A DNA stretch of 59,055 bases, filler included. It is 8 parts of 8 records of this genome, joined end to end, with 100 filler letters (N's around TTAATTAATTAA, not from the genome) between each part and the next. Parts side by side here need not be neighbours in the genome. Positions count along the whole stretch, not along the records: positions 28,070 to 35,102 come from SRR31147125_3667; positions 35,203 to 41,538 come from SRR31147125_3670; 6 more parts are not named here. The stretch is one strand, 5' to 3'. Shown here piece by piece: positions 29,942 through 41,638 of the stretch (positions are counted from its first letter, which is position 1; each line of letters opens with the position of its first letter). The position numbers and the translations under genes are program-made. Under the pieces are notes generated by a model that was not told the origin of the DNA, ran no database searches, and saw only the letters and a program-made list of their open reading frames with translations.

Positions 29942-30610
29942 TTAATTTTTCTGCTCTTCTAATCTCTTTTCCCATTCCTTACGTTCAGCCTGCAAATCAT
30001 AACCTCTAGCGGCAAGGTAATTATTAATCTTACCCTTATACTTTCCAAACCACCAGTGTTTTTCCTTTGATGATCCGCCATCAATAGCATGTTCCCGGGC
30101 TTCTGTGAGCCAAATCATAATCTGCCCCTTTTCCTCAACTGTTAAGCTTGGAATCATATCACAAAATCCCGTGTAAGTGACTTTAAGAACGCCATAGGTA
30201 AGGCCATCTTTTACCTGGTCAATTTGATCTTCTGGAATAATCTGTTTCAGCTGAGCACCAAAAGCAAAATGATGATCTCTTATTTTAATCTGGCTTTCTG
30301 CTTTTCGAAAATCAATTTTCACATCACGAAGCTCCTTATTTTCTGAAAATTCTTCACGAATTTTGGCAACATCAGCATTCAAAGTTTCTTCAGCATCATT
30401 TAAAAAACGATAATGCGAAACAATAATATCCCTTACCTGAATCTTTAAATCATTGGAGTCGAACTCCATTGTTTGAACAATTTTATCTGCACGCCCGGTA
30501 ATCACACGTGTGTATTCATCGTTCAAAGATTCATTTTTTTGCTGCACACAAGCAGCTAAACCAGCAAAAACAACAAAGAATAACATTCCTGATATAATTA
30601 ACTTTTTCAT
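29942..30610 (-). CDS. DUF3826 family protein (probable lipoprotein)
   Basis: LAAC lipobox; RADKIV, VKDGLTYGV, EAREHAIDGGSSKEKHWWFGKYKGKINNYL. Confidence 0.8.
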   Translation of the reverse strand: MKKLIISGMLFFVVFAGLAACVQQKNESLNDEYTRVITGRADKIVQTMEFDSNDLKIQVRDIIVSHYRFLNDAEETLNADVAKIREEFSENKELRDVKIDFRKAESQIKIRDHHFAFGAQLKQIIPEDQIDQVKDGLTYGVLKVTYTGFCDMIPSLTVEEKGQIMIWLTEAREHAIDGGSSKEKHWWFGKYKGKINNYLAARGYDLQAERKEWEKRLEEQKN

Positions 30611-32305
30611 CTACAACAATCCTCCCTTTTTACTTAGCGTATCAAAATTATTGTCTAAGTTTTTCCAATCTATTTTTTGAGTTGGATCAATGCCATTTAT
30701 ATATTTTTCAATGTTTGTATAACCATCTCCATTGCAATCTTCATTTGCATCAGAAGGATTATTTGGATCGAAACCAAGTTTTTTGTATTTCTTTTCCCAT
30801 TGATCAGGCATGCCGTCTTTATCTGAGTCTTTATATGGTTTTCCGGTATATTCAGGGTAACCACCAACTTGTCTGATATCCGTTATGATTCCATTTTTGT
30901 ATGAATCCTCAGGAAGCCTGCGGTGTTTAAATTTAGGCACATCCGAATTATCAACATTCTCAACATACTCAGCTTTACCTGTCTTCACAGTATTGCTAAT
31001 TCTTTGATCAACAGCATCACGAGTTGGAAAAATAGCACCAGCATTCTTCAATACAAAATCGAAAGCTTCTTCTGCAGAAACAAGGGTCATATATGGCATT
31101 GGAGCGGGCTTATCTCTTTTGATATATGGCGTATATTCTCCGGCATCTTCCATGCTCTCAATTTGAACACCACCATCCCAGTTGTTTTTTGTTACTCTCT
31201 CGTTGCCCTCAACTACATTTCCATTCACATACACACTTCCATATACTTTTCTACCATTTAGTGTATATCTCGACTCTGGTTTTAGAATTCGATGCCCAAC
31301 AGGACTATCTACACGTGAAAGCGGTCCTGGCTTATAGTAGTTATTAATCATGTTATACTGCGCAGTATGATCACCACCATCGACAGAACGGTGCACCCAG
31401 TTATACACCACATTATTAACAAAATTAAAAATTCCATTCCAGCCAATTGATGGATTTCTACCCGTATTGTTTGCCCACATATTTCGAATGAACGAACAGT
31501 TTTCACCACCCAATGTGCTTCCAAATGAATGATTCCAGGTATCAAGAGCTTCAGCAAATATTGAATTTTGGATTGTAATATTTACTGTTCCAAATTTTTC
31601 AGCTTTTTTCCGAGGATCTTTTAAGTACATGTGACGATACATTGACATGTTTTCATCGCTTCCCCAAGTTGCAGAAATGTGATCAAGCATAATATTTCCA
31701 ATTGCATTTCCACCGATTGCATCATCTCTACGTCCAACGTTAGTTTCTCCTTTGCGGAAGCGCATGTGACGAATAATTACATCGTGGGTATCTACCCAAA
31801 AACTCTCTCCTGCTAAACAAACACCATCTCCCGGAGCTGTTTGTCCGGCAATAGTTATGTAAGGTGCACGAAGCATTATTGGCGATTTTAACCGAATGAT
31901 ACCCGATACATTAAACACGACCATTCTGGCTCCACCTGTTTCACAAGCTTCGCGCAAAGTACCCGGGCCACTGTCTGCAAGACTGGTAACTGTAATCACC
32001 TTTCCGCCACGGCCTCCAAATGAGTACATGCCGCCACCTTCAGCTCCAGGAAAAGAAGGGATCTCTGCCTGAGGCAAATCAAAAGGTCTGGCAGCCCATG
32101 GTATATATGGACGACCTTCTGCTGCTTCTTTTTCAATAATGGGCAAAGCCTTTTCCCATGCCATATCTGAATGTGCACGCGCTTTCCACATCATTTCATC
32201 GGTTGCTTTTTTCACAGTATCAGGCACCTTTGGATACTGCGCTAAAACAACATTTGTAATAAAAAAGAGTACGACTATTAATCCAATATTTTTATATCTA
32301 TCCAT
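30611..32305 (-). CDS. Pectate lyase, polysaccharide lyase family 1
   Basis: FPGAEGGG...GGRGG, DSGPGTLREA, TIAGQTAPGDG, DHISATWGSDE, RNP, NNVVYNW; C-terminal Ca-binding DSDKDGMPD/DCNGDGYTN repeats. Confidence 0.9.
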   Translation of the reverse strand: MDRYKNIGLIVVLFFITNVVLAQYPKVPDTVKKATDEMMWKARAHSDMAWEKALPIIEKEAAEGRPYIPWAARPFDLPQAEIPSFPGAEGGGMYSFGGRGGKVITVTSLADSGPGTLREACETGGARMVVFNVSGIIRLKSPIMLRAPYITIAGQTAPGDGVCLAGESFWVDTHDVIIRHMRFRKGETNVGRRDDAIGGNAIGNIMLDHISATWGSDENMSMYRHMYLKDPRKKAEKFGTVNITIQNSIFAEALDTWNHSFGSTLGGENCSFIRNMWANNTGRNPSIGWNGIFNFVNNVVYNWVHRSVDGGDHTAQYNMINNYYKPGPLSRVDSPVGHRILKPESRYTLNGRKVYGSVYVNGNVVEGNERVTKNNWDGGVQIESMEDAGEYTPYIKRDKPAPMPYMTLVSAEEAFDFVLKNAGAIFPTRDAVDQRISNTVKTGKAEYVENVDNSDVPKFKHRRLPEDSYKNGIITDIRQVGGYPEYTGKPYKDSDKDGMPDQWEKKYKKLGFDPNNPSDANEDCNGDGYTNIEKYINGIDPTQKIDWKNLDNNFDTLSKKGGLL

Positions 32306-32342
32306 GATTGATTGTTTTAGTGATTAGTTAATTGTTTGATTG

Positions 32343-33908
32343 TTACTTAATTTCTAATTTTCTATTCAATTTTAAAGAACCGTAATAAGTTAGATTTTCA
32401 TCCACTGGCTTTTCATTAAAAAAGAAACGGGCTAAAAACCCAACGATCATTAAAATAACATGACTATATACTCCAATCATGTATTTATGATGACCAAAAT
32501 TCATGCTACCCATATCAAGCAGCAATGTTTTATCGTCACCTACTCCTATTGGAGTTGACGATAGCAGAGCATAAAGTGTAAATAGAACACTGGCAATTAT
32601 TCCGGCATAAGCTCCTTTCTTATTTGTTTTCCGGCTAAAAATACCCAACAGGAACAAACCTGCAATTCCACCTGAAAAAATAGAATAAAGCGTGAAAATT
32701 ATTCCTAACACTCCTTTCCCTCCAGCAGCCACATAAAATAAAGCTACCCCAATAGCGCCAATTCCGGCTAAAACTGTAAATACACGGCTAAGCATAAGCT
32801 GTTTTGCTTCCGTAGTATCAGGTTTCCACCTAAGGTAATAATCCTCTAAACAAATAGCAGAAAGACAATTCAGATCAGAATCCAAGCTAGAAAATGCAGC
32901 AGCAATTAGAGCCGATAGAATAAGTCCGACAACACCGACAGGAAGCTTAGTCATAATAAAATGAGGAAATACCTCATCCGAAATAATATCGACAGGAATA
33001 CCTCCCATAATTTGATAGTATGCAAACAATGCCGTACCAATAAACATAAACAAAGCCCAGACCGGCACACTCAATAAGACACCGATTAATGAAGCCTTAA
33101 CTGCTTCTTTGTCAGATCTAGCCGTTAAATACCGTTGGACAATAGTTTGATCTGTTCCATACTTCTGTATTGCGTAAAAAATGCCATTTAATGCCATCAC
33201 CCAAAAAGTCAAGTTCACAAAGTCAACATCAAATGGACCAAAGCCAATTCGGTCATTTTCCATAGCTACATTCCATATTGCTGCCGGTCCACCATCTACT
33301 GAGAAAAGCAAAATTGCAAGCGATATCAGCCCTCCGACGATAAGTAAAAAACCTTGAATCACATCGAGCCAAATTACCGCCTCAATACCTCCAATCATGG
33401 TAATTAAAACAACAATTACGCCAATCACCAAAATGATATAAACAGTATCAACACCTGTCATTCCTGATAAAGCCAAGGCAATAAGGTAAAACACTGTGCC
33501 CATTTTGGCAAAATGATTTAAAACAAAACCAAGTGAAGCATACAAACGAGCAGCAAATCCAAATCTTCGTTCAAAATATTCATAAGCACTTAGTCGTATA
33601 ACTTTTCGGAAAAGAGGAACAATAATCCCAACAACAAAGATTAAAACCACTGGTACCATTAATCCTTGTACCAATCGAATCCAGTTCGATGAATACCCTT
33701 CTCCTGGATAAGCAAGAAAAGTAACACTACTTATTAGTGTAGCCAGAATAGACATTCCAATAGCCCATGAAGGTATTTTTCCACTTGCTTTAAAATAGTT
33801 TCCGGTATCTTTCTGACGATTTGAAAAACGAAGCCCAACCAAAATAGTAACTACAAATGTTCCTAAAATGATTAACCAGTCGATTATATGAATTGAAGAA
33901 TTGTGCAT
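32343..33908 (-). CDS. Sodium:solute symporter
   Basis: SILATLISSVTFLAYPG, SAYEYFERRFG, GGIEAVIWLD, DQTIVQRYL, AAAFSSLDS. Confidence 0.93.
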   Translation of the reverse strand: MHNSSIHIIDWLIILGTFVVTILVGLRFSNRQKDTGNYFKASGKIPSWAIGMSILATLISSVTFLAYPGEGYSSNWIRLVQGLMVPVVLIFVVGIIVPLFRKVIRLSAYEYFERRFGFAARLYASLGFVLNHFAKMGTVFYLIALALSGMTGVDTVYIILVIGVIVVLITMIGGIEAVIWLDVIQGFLLIVGGLISLAILLFSVDGGPAAIWNVAMENDRIGFGPFDVDFVNLTFWVMALNGIFYAIQKYGTDQTIVQRYLTARSDKEAVKASLIGVLLSVPVWALFMFIGTALFAYYQIMGGIPVDIISDEVFPHFIMTKLPVGVVGLILSALIAAAFSSLDSDLNCLSAICLEDYYLRWKPDTTEAKQLMLSRVFTVLAGIGAIGVALFYVAAGGKGVLGIIFTLYSIFSGGIAGLFLLGIFSRKTNKKGAYAGIIASVLFTLYALLSSTPIGVGDDKTLLLDMGSMNFGHHKYMIGVYSHVILMIVGFLARFFFNEKPVDENLTYYGSLKLNRKLEIK

Positions 33909-33929
33909 TATTTATTCTTTCTTTTAGAT

Positions 33930-35080
33930 TTATTTAGAGCCAACATTATCAGGCCATGAATAACTCCCGGGTTTGGTAGTAAGTGTCATATCCGGGTATT
34001 CATCTGTTTTCATTTGTATTATCCCCTGACCTGCGACACTCGTTGGATAAAGCTTCTGAATATTTATTGATTTTAGCACTTCAGAAGTAGTTGCACCACC
34101 CTCTATCAATAAATCTGTAAGCGCCACTTTCTGTAAAACCAACCTAGCCAGTTCTGCAATATTTCTTTTAATTCGATCAGAAGTACCTGTTTCGCTACAA
34201 TAATCCTGCTCAACAGTTACAATTACTTTCTTTTTATTAAGAAGATTGCAAACAACCTGTCTTACCCATTCCTCTAATATTTCCGGATCAAAGGTATTGC
34301 TTTCATATATTTCATCCGGCATGTTCACTTTTACCGTTTCTTCAGCTTTCAATCCCATTGGCAAAGCTGATTTTTGAGGAATTTACTCCCAAAAATGAAC
34401 AAAGTTCTTTCACCAAGAGACATATAAATAGAATCATCAGCATGAATAGCACGATAGTTCTTACTTAATAAAACATCAAAAAAACCGGCACCTCCGGCTA
34501 TAAGTGTTTGACCATCTATTTTATCAGCCCAGCCATTCATTTCTTCCAAATTCTTCACATCTGCAACAACAATGCCACCCCCAGGAATTTCAGAATTTGC
34601 AGGAAGAGAAAAAATGGATATGTCTGTCGATCTAATAATATCAGTTACGACAGAGGATTGAATTGGAAAATCAGGATCATTTGCAAAAGAAGTTTCAGCC
34701 AAAGCAATACCATTCACGGTATAAATTCCATTTTCAATAGCACGACCAAAAATCGGGTTGCCGGCAACAATAATCGCTTTTTTAAGCCCCTGAACATTAA
34801 GCTGAGCCACTAGCTCATCTACAATATTTCCTCTTAACACAGAGTCCAGTTTCTTAAAAATATATTCAGGCTTTAGATCAAGTATTTTATTCGTAATTAA
34901 TTTGATTTCACTTGATGCTTCTTCAGCAGTCAATGATCGAGTACTGGCAGCAATAATCAAAAGGTCAGCATCTACCTCTTTATTAACTTCTGTCTCTATA
35001 ACAGCCTTAAGTCCATATTTTATAGCAACCCCGCCAATTTCTGCTGCCCCTGTAAAGTCATCTGCAATTATTGCAATCAT
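33930..35080 (-). CDS. Four-carbon acid sugar kinase family (DUF1537/YgbK), frameshift near 34380
   Basis: IIADDFTGA, KKLDSVLRGN, EGGAT, TKPGS. Confidence 0.88.
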
Positions 35081-35102
35081 TCTTACTATTCTTAGTTCTT
35101 TT

Positions 35103-35202
35103 NNNNNNNNNNNNNNNNNNNNNNNNNNNNNNNNNNNNNNNNNNNNTTAATTAATTAANNNNNNNNNNNNNNNNNNNNNNNNNNNNNNNNNNNNNNNNNN
35201 NN
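35103..35202. other. Artificial contig spacer
   Basis: N44-TTAATTAATTAA-N44. Confidence 0.99.
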
Positions 35203-35275
35203 GGAATTTATCTTCGCAGGAACTTAATCCGGCGATTATAAAACCTGTTAATATTATATTTTTTAAATATTTCAT
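35203..35275 (-). CDS. Probable SusD/RagB lipoprotein, first 24 codons only
   Basis: MKYLKNIILTGFIIAGLSSCEDKF: lipobox LSSC, directly downstream of SusC. Confidence 0.7.
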
Positions 35276-35294
35276 AATTCTAAAATTTTAACGA

Positions 35295-38200
35295 TTAAAA
35301 TGAAACGTTTACACCAAATGTATAGGTTTTTACAACCGGATAAATAGCTCCTTGCGAGTTATTCGGAATTAGTGGATCAATTCAGGAGGCATTTTATCAA
35401 AAGTCAACAGGTTTTGCCCCGAAGCAAAAACACGGATATTCGAAACCTTCAATTGGTTTAAAATATTTTGCGGAAGGGTGTATCCAAGTGTTATGTTTCG
35501 AATACGGAAATAAGATGCATCAAAAACATAAGTTGAATTTACGTTACTATTGTTGCTTGAGCCGCTATATGGTTTAATTACCGGATAGCGTGCGTCTTTA
35601 TTCTCCTCGGTCCACGATTCTTCAATCTGGTATTTGAATACATTACCGGCATTAAAAAGTGGTTGTACTAAATTTCGTTGAAGCCATACTTTGCGTTTGC
35701 CTACCCCTTGAAAGGCAAGTGTTAAATCAAATCCTTTGTATTCCATACTTACGTCTCCTCCGAAGTTAAAACTTGGGAATGAGTTTCCAAGAATAACACG
35801 GTCATCGGTATTTATAACACCATCTGCTTCGTCAGGAATTCCATCACCGTTCGTATCAACCGTAAGTTGATCTTTAAATTGAATATCGCCTGGAGTTAAG
35901 TTTCCGAACTGTGCTGGTGCTGCATCAATAGCTGCTTGGTCGTCGAAAAATCCAATTGATTCGTATCCGTAAATAGAACTTACCGCTTCACCAATTTGTG
36001 TAATTGACGTACTTGATTTTATAAAATCGACTCCATTTAAATCGGTCACTTCATTGTTTAAGCTCGCCATATTACCCGTAATACTATATTTAAAATCTCC
36101 AACTTGTCTTCTATAACTTAATGACAAATCAACCCCAGAGTTTTTCATACTGTAAACATTTGCTATTGGAGCCTCCAAACCTGTAGTATAAGGAATACGT
36201 TGTGTTCCCAGCAGGTCGTTGGTTTTACGAACATAATATTCAACAGTACCAGTAAGTTTGTTTTTCAAGAGTCCAAAATCAACACCAAGGTTTAATGTTT
36301 CACCCGTTTCCCAAGAAATGAGTGCATTCGACAAGGTTTGTTGTGCCGCACCTTGCTGAATTTCGCCATTGGCATAATGGCTAGAGCCAATTGCAATTAA
36401 AGATGCATATGGAAAACTGGAACCAATTGATTGATTACCCAACTGCCCCCAAGAACCACGTAACTTCAAGCGGTTAAGAAAAGAATCTTGCGAATAAAAT
36501 GCTTCATTATGTAGGTTCCATCCTGCAGAGAACGAAGGAAAAACACCCCAACGATTATCTTCAGCAAAACGTGAAGAACCATCGCGACGAATGTTAAATC
36601 CAAACAAATAACGACTTGCGTAGCTATAAGTAAAGCGACCAAAATAGGATACTAAACCATTGTGGTCGGCATTACCATAATTGCCATCATTTTCAGCATT
36701 ACCGTTATCTAAAATTTCAAAGTCCTGAATAATATAATCGTAACGTGAAGCACCAAAGTATTCGCTTTGGTATTTAATAAATTCGTAACCACCAAGTGCT
36801 TCAAAATGATGGTCGCCTAAATCTTTTACATAATTTGCTGTTGCCGTAAAGTTATCGGTAAAACTCCTTGAGCTACTTTGCGACATCTGGGTTTGGTTGT
36901 TTGTACCTGTACTTAAAACAATCGGTGTCGTATCTTCAAAAGTTTCATACAATTCAAACTGTGGATGGAAACTTTTCTCATAAGTTTCGGCATATTCAGG
37001 CGCATACATTGCACTTATAGAAAGTCCATTTACCGGACGATAAACTGCTTTAACAATCCCTCTGAAATAATTCCCTTTACTAGTATTTAAACCTGAAAAT
37101 TTGGCGAACGCAACAGGGTTGCCACCTGTTGATGGCCAAGAATATCTACCATCACTATATACTGCCGGGAATGTTGCAGGCTGGCGAAATGCTGCCTGAA
37201 CTCCAGCACCTGAAGTAGGTGACGTATTTACCGATTGGCGGAAGTTAATATCGGCACTAATATCTAATTTAGATCCAACCTTAAAGTCACTATTTATACG
37301 GCCCTGATAACGTTTAAAATTGAAATTTTCAATATTACCATCCTGATCTTGAAATGACAATGAAGCTTTTACACGTGCTGTTTCAGAACCACCACTCACA
37401 TCAATATTATGGTATTGCATAAAACCTGGTTCTGAGAATAATAAATCAAACCAATCCGTATCAGGATATAGGTCTGTATTTCCAGGGTTGGCAAGATAAG
37501 CATCCAAAGTAGCCTGATCGCCGGTGGCCTCTAAATATTCAATGGCACTAGCAGCTTCAGGCCAACGTGTTGGTTCCTGAAATCCAACATAACCATTGTA
37601 CGAAACTCTGGCTTTGCCTGTTTTTGCACGCTTGGTGGTTACTAAAATAACTCCATTTGATGCACGCGAGCCATAAATAGCTGAAGCACCCGCATCTTTT
37701 AATACCGAAATACTTTCAATATCGTTTGCATCCACGCCATTTATATTTCCTTCAACGCCATCGATAAGAACTAACGGAGAAGAACTGGCATTAAATGAGC
37801 CCTGCCCACGAATAACCAAACTAGCCTCATCCTTGCCTGGCTGACCACTGCTTTGAATAGCGGTAAGACCAGGTGTTAAACCTTGCAAAGCTTGCGATGT
37901 TTGAAACACAGGCTGTCGCACCAGTTTTTCGCTTTTAACAACTTCAACCGAACCTGTTAAATCAACTTTTTTTTGTGTACCATAGCCCACGGCCACTACC
38001 TCTTCCAATCCAATTGCATCTTCGTTTAATGTAATGTCAATTGTTCTCTGGTTTCCTACCGCTATTTCCTGCGGAGTAAATCCAATAAAAGAAAATACCA
38101 AAGTAGCTTCGGAACCCGATACGTTTAATTCGTAAGTACCATCAACTTTTGAAACAGTACCATTAGTTGTGCCCTTTTCTACAATGTTTACACCGGGAAG

Positions 38201-38305
38201 TTCAAGTCCGGTACCATCGATAACTGTTCCTGTTATCTTAATATCCTGCGCCCACAAAGCAGTGGAACAGAACAAAACAAATAGTAATAAGTAATACCTC
38301 TTCAT
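35295..38305 (-). CDS. SusC/RagA family TonB-dependent receptor (frameshift near 35384)
   Basis: LEEVVAVGYGTQKK, PLVLIDG, VLKDAGASAIYGSRASNGVILVTTK, RRDGSSRF, SWET; restored end GIDPL...YPVVKTYTFGVNVSF* with terminal Phe. Confidence 0.95.
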
Positions 38306-38383
38306 GTTAGGTTTTTAAATGTTAATATTTGTCAAAAATACTCCAGAGATAATTTCAAAACCGGAAAACAATTTCGAAAATAA

Positions 38384-38430
38384 TCGGGAACGGTACCGGG
38401 AACGGTTTCATTTATCGGAACCGTTCCCGA
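38384..38430. promoter_or_regulatory. Putative LacI-family operator cluster
   Basis: CGGGAACGGT at 38385 and 38397, inverted ACCGTTCCCG at 38420, between susC and a divergent LacI gene. Confidence 0.7.
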
Positions 38431-38629
38431 ATTCAACAACTTACTTTCAAAAACACTAAACTTATCGAACACAAAGGTTTCAAATTCGAAAATAAAACTC
38501 AACAAATACTAGCTTAACATCTCTCTTTCAAACCATTAAAAAATCCCTTCATAAATTATTTTATTATTCAATTTTGCCTTTTCGTAAATTCTGAAAAGAT
38601 TATTAGTAGTAATTGCACTTTTAATAAAA

Positions 38630-38663
38630 TTTGTTTGATAAAGTCTTTTAATTCCTATATTTG
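38630..38663 (+). promoter_or_regulatory. Bacteroidota -33/-7 promoter for the LacI gene
   Basis: TTTG at 38630/38634 and TATATTTG (TAnnTTTG) at 38656-38663. Confidence 0.5.
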
Positions 38664-38747
38664 AGCCATATTTTTCGAAACCTGAAACTACAATACAATT
38701 GTTTCGGGAATTTCGAAAGCACATTTCGAAACATCCATTTAAAACCT

Positions 38748-39763
38748 ATGCAACACGTTACAATTAAAGACATTGCACGGAAACTTGGTATTTCAAAGTC
38801 ATCGGTATCGAGGGCTTTTAACGACAAGTACGACATAAAGAAAGAAACACGTGATTTAATTTTAAAAACAGCAGAAGAAATGGGCTACTATCCCAATCCA
38901 ATTGCAAAAAATTTAAGTCAGAAAAAAACCTTTAACATTGGTGTCGTTGTACCTGAATTTGTTAATGATTTTCATGCCGAAATTATTATTGCAATTCAAC
39001 GGGTTCTTAACTCCAAAGGCTATCAAGTACTTACCATGCAATCCGACAACAATCCGATAGTTGAACTTAACAATGTTAAAACACTTATTCAGAACATGGT
39101 AGATGGTTTAATTATTGCACCTTCATCTGATAATGAGAACATGGCCTACTATTTAAAAGAGATGAATAAAGGTTGTCCGATGGTATTTGTTAATCGTGTT
39201 ACCCAGTCGGTGGATGCTACAAAAATAATTTGTGATAATATAAAGTGGAGTTTCTTTGCCACTGAACATCTTATACGTGAGAAATACAAAAAGATATATC
39301 ACCTATCGGGTCCCAAAGATGTAAGTGTTACAAGAGATAGGATAAAAGGTTTTAAGCAAGCTCTAACAAAACACAAATTTGATGAAGCTAATTACAAGGT
39401 TATTCAAACCGGATTATTATCGTCGGAAGGAATTGATGTGGTTGAAGATTTAATATACCGGCAAGATTTACCGGATGCCTTTTTTGCGCCAACGATTTGG
39501 TGGCAATGGGTGCAATAAGAACACTTAAAATGAACAACATTCGGGTTCCAGAAGACATTGCAATTATTGGTTTTTCGGAAACACAAATGGCACGACTCAC
39601 AAGTCCACAACTAAGTAGTATTAAACAACCCACTTTTGAAATGGGACAATGTGCTGCGCAACAACTTATTCGACATATTAATAAGGATGATGCTGAATTT
39701 GAAACCATCATTTTAAATGGAAAACTAAATATCCGTGAGTCCTCGGTAAGAAACACAAAATAG
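38748..39763 (+). CDS. LacI family transcriptional regulator (frameshift at T6 run 39480-39485)
   Basis: VTIKDIARKLGISKSSVSRA HTH, YYPNPIA, PDAFF/CANDLVAMGA, VPEDIAIIGF, LSSIKQP, RES. Confidence 0.93.
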
Positions 39764-39850
39764 AATATAGGGATTTGAAGCCCAATGGTACGAAAACTAG
39801 CGCTAAGGAATATGCGCATTAAACAGATCTTGGTTCAATGGCCTAAAAAA

Positions 39851-40441
39851 TTATCTTCTGTTTAGTTCTACCTTTTCATACTCAAGGTATTTATATAAAG
39901 TTGTTTTGCTACCAATCCCGGTCATAGTACATATTTCATCTGCTGTGTAGTCGCCCGTTAAGTAATATTTTTTTGCTAAAGCTGCTTTTTTCTTTGCACT
40001 TTTTGATAAGCCCGGTTTTCTTCCACCGGTTTTTCCTTTTCTTTTTGCTGCCTCTAATCCTGCCTTTGTTCTTTGTACAATAATTTCCCTTTCATATTCA
40101 GCAAGTGCTGCAAAGATTCCAAACTGCATTCTTCCCATGGCAGAACTTGTATCAATCCCATCATTGATACTTTTGAATCCAATTTCAGCTTTATTTAAAT
40201 CATCTATTATTGTCACCAGGTCTTTAAGCGATCTCCCGAGCCTGTCGAGCTTCCAAATCACAAGCACATCCCCGGCCCTCATATATTCTAAAGCCTTATC
40301 AAGCTCCTTTCTTTGTGAAAGCGCTGAGACCTTTTCAGAATAAATTTTTACACAACCTGCCTTTTTAAGCGCATCAATCTGCAAATCCAGGTTCTGTTCC
40401 TTAGTACTTACCCTTGCATACCCAATTAACTGTCCTGCCAT
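39851..40441 (-). CDS. Serine recombinase (resolvase/invertase family)
   Basis: GYARVSTKEQ (catalytic Ser), VIWKLDRLGRS, AEYERE, RTKAGL...GGRK, C-terminal HTH. Confidence 0.95.
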   Translation of the reverse strand: MAGQLIGYARVSTKEQNLDLQIDALKKAGCVKIYSEKVSALSQRKELDKALEYMRAGDVLVIWKLDRLGRSLKDLVTIIDDLNKAEIGFKSINDGIDTSSAMGRMQFGIFAALAEYEREIIVQRTKAGLEAAKRKGKTGGRKPGLSKSAKKKAALAKKYYLTGDYTADEICTMTGIGSKTTLYKYLEYEKVELNRR

Positions 40442-40453
40442 AGTACCATATTC

Positions 40454-40786
40454 TTACTTATCATTCAGTTCAATTAAAATCACTTCGGAACCAGGGTCAT
40501 ATGCCACACTGGAAACATAAATTGCATCAATAATGGCAAAATTTTCCAGGTCTTTTTTTTCAGGTTTCCTACAATTAAACGAAGCATTATAGAACCATTT
40601 TGGGGCATAATCTTCAGCAATTTCCAAGCTTGCTTTCACTTTGGATTCGAGTTGTTCCCGAAGCTCCTCACTCAAATAAATAAGCTCACCTTTTCTTGGC
40701 GTAGCCGGTAATTCAACATCAACACTTACCCGATTATCAAAAGCACCTGCATTTACGTTTTTAATGTGAATTCTAACTTTCTTCAT
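40454..40786 (-). CDS. Hypothetical protein
   Basis: 110-aa ORF co-oriented and closely spaced with the resolvase; LPATPRKGE motif. Confidence 0.65.
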   Translation of the reverse strand: MKKVRIHIKNVNAGAFDNRVSVDVELPATPRKGELIYLSEELREQLESKVKASLEIAEDYAPKWFYNASFNCRKPEKKDLENFAIIDAIYVSSVAYDPGSEVILIELNDK

Positions 40787-40812
40787 CCCGTTGTTTTTTA
40801 GTTTTTCTTATT

Positions 40813-41166
40813 TTAACTATCACCCATTTTTTTATAAGCTTCATAATCCTGGACAGTCAGGTTCTCTTTCATAAATTGCTCCATTCCTATATCGTTTCGC
40901 TCATTTACATACCTGGTAAATGGAACTGCTAACTTACATTGTTCAAATCCCTTTTTCTCCATATCCCTACGGATATTTTCAGGCAATCCCTCCAACCATT
41001 CTTTAAAATATTCTATTGTCGGTTCCGAACTATTGGCCAGCTGATGGTAACGATAAGTTGCATTTCCAATACGAAAAAACTGCGCGTGCCAGTCGCGTTC
41101 TTCAGGCGAGCAATTTTCAAGGAATTTCTTTTGAGAAATTCTGCATTCTTCAAGTGGATGTTCCAT
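40813..41166 (-). CDS. Hypothetical protein
   Basis: 117-aa ORF in the same run; FKEWLEGLP, PFTRYVNE. Confidence 0.7.
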   Translation of the reverse strand: MEHPLEECRISQKKFLENCSPEERDWHAQFFRIGNATYRYHQLANSSEPTIEYFKEWLEGLPENIRRDMEKKGFEQCKLAVPFTRYVNERNDIGMEQFMKENLTVQDYEAYKKMGDS

Positions 41167-41178
41167 TTCTATATGTTT

Positions 41179-41465
41179 TTATTGAATTAAATCATTCAAT
41201 TGCAAGCTGACTTCTTTTATTATTTGTTTAGCCTGTTTTTCGGCTTTCAACCATTTCGTTTTAGGACAGGCTTCTTTATAAATTGAAAACACATCTTGCA
41301 GAAAAAAGAATTCACCGACGATTTTGAGATTTTAACCTGGTCGCCATATTTATTTTGTGCGAACGATAATTGTAATATTGTACCATCGGGATTAATCTTA
41401 ATGAAGTTAATCGGGAAGTCCCCATCGGGATCTGTCCGGGTTCTGAAAAGTGTTTTCTCTGCCAT
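41179..41465 (-). CDS. Hypothetical protein (probable frameshift at A6 run 41302-41307)
   Basis: ORF 41247-41465 extends with one added base to ...KEVSLQLNDLIQ*, ending 12 nt before the next ATG. Confidence 0.5.
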
Positions 41466-41538
41466 AATTATTAGTTAATGAAATCCAAAATTTCAAAATA
41501 GTCCATTTAACTCATCGAATTACTAAACTATTAAAAAA

Positions 41539-41638
41539 NNNNNNNNNNNNNNNNNNNNNNNNNNNNNNNNNNNNNNNNNNNNTTAATTAATTAANNNNNN
41601 NNNNNNNNNNNNNNNNNNNNNNNNNNNNNNNNNNNNNN
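41539..41638. other. Artificial contig spacer
   Basis: N44-TTAATTAATTAA-N44. Confidence 0.99.
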
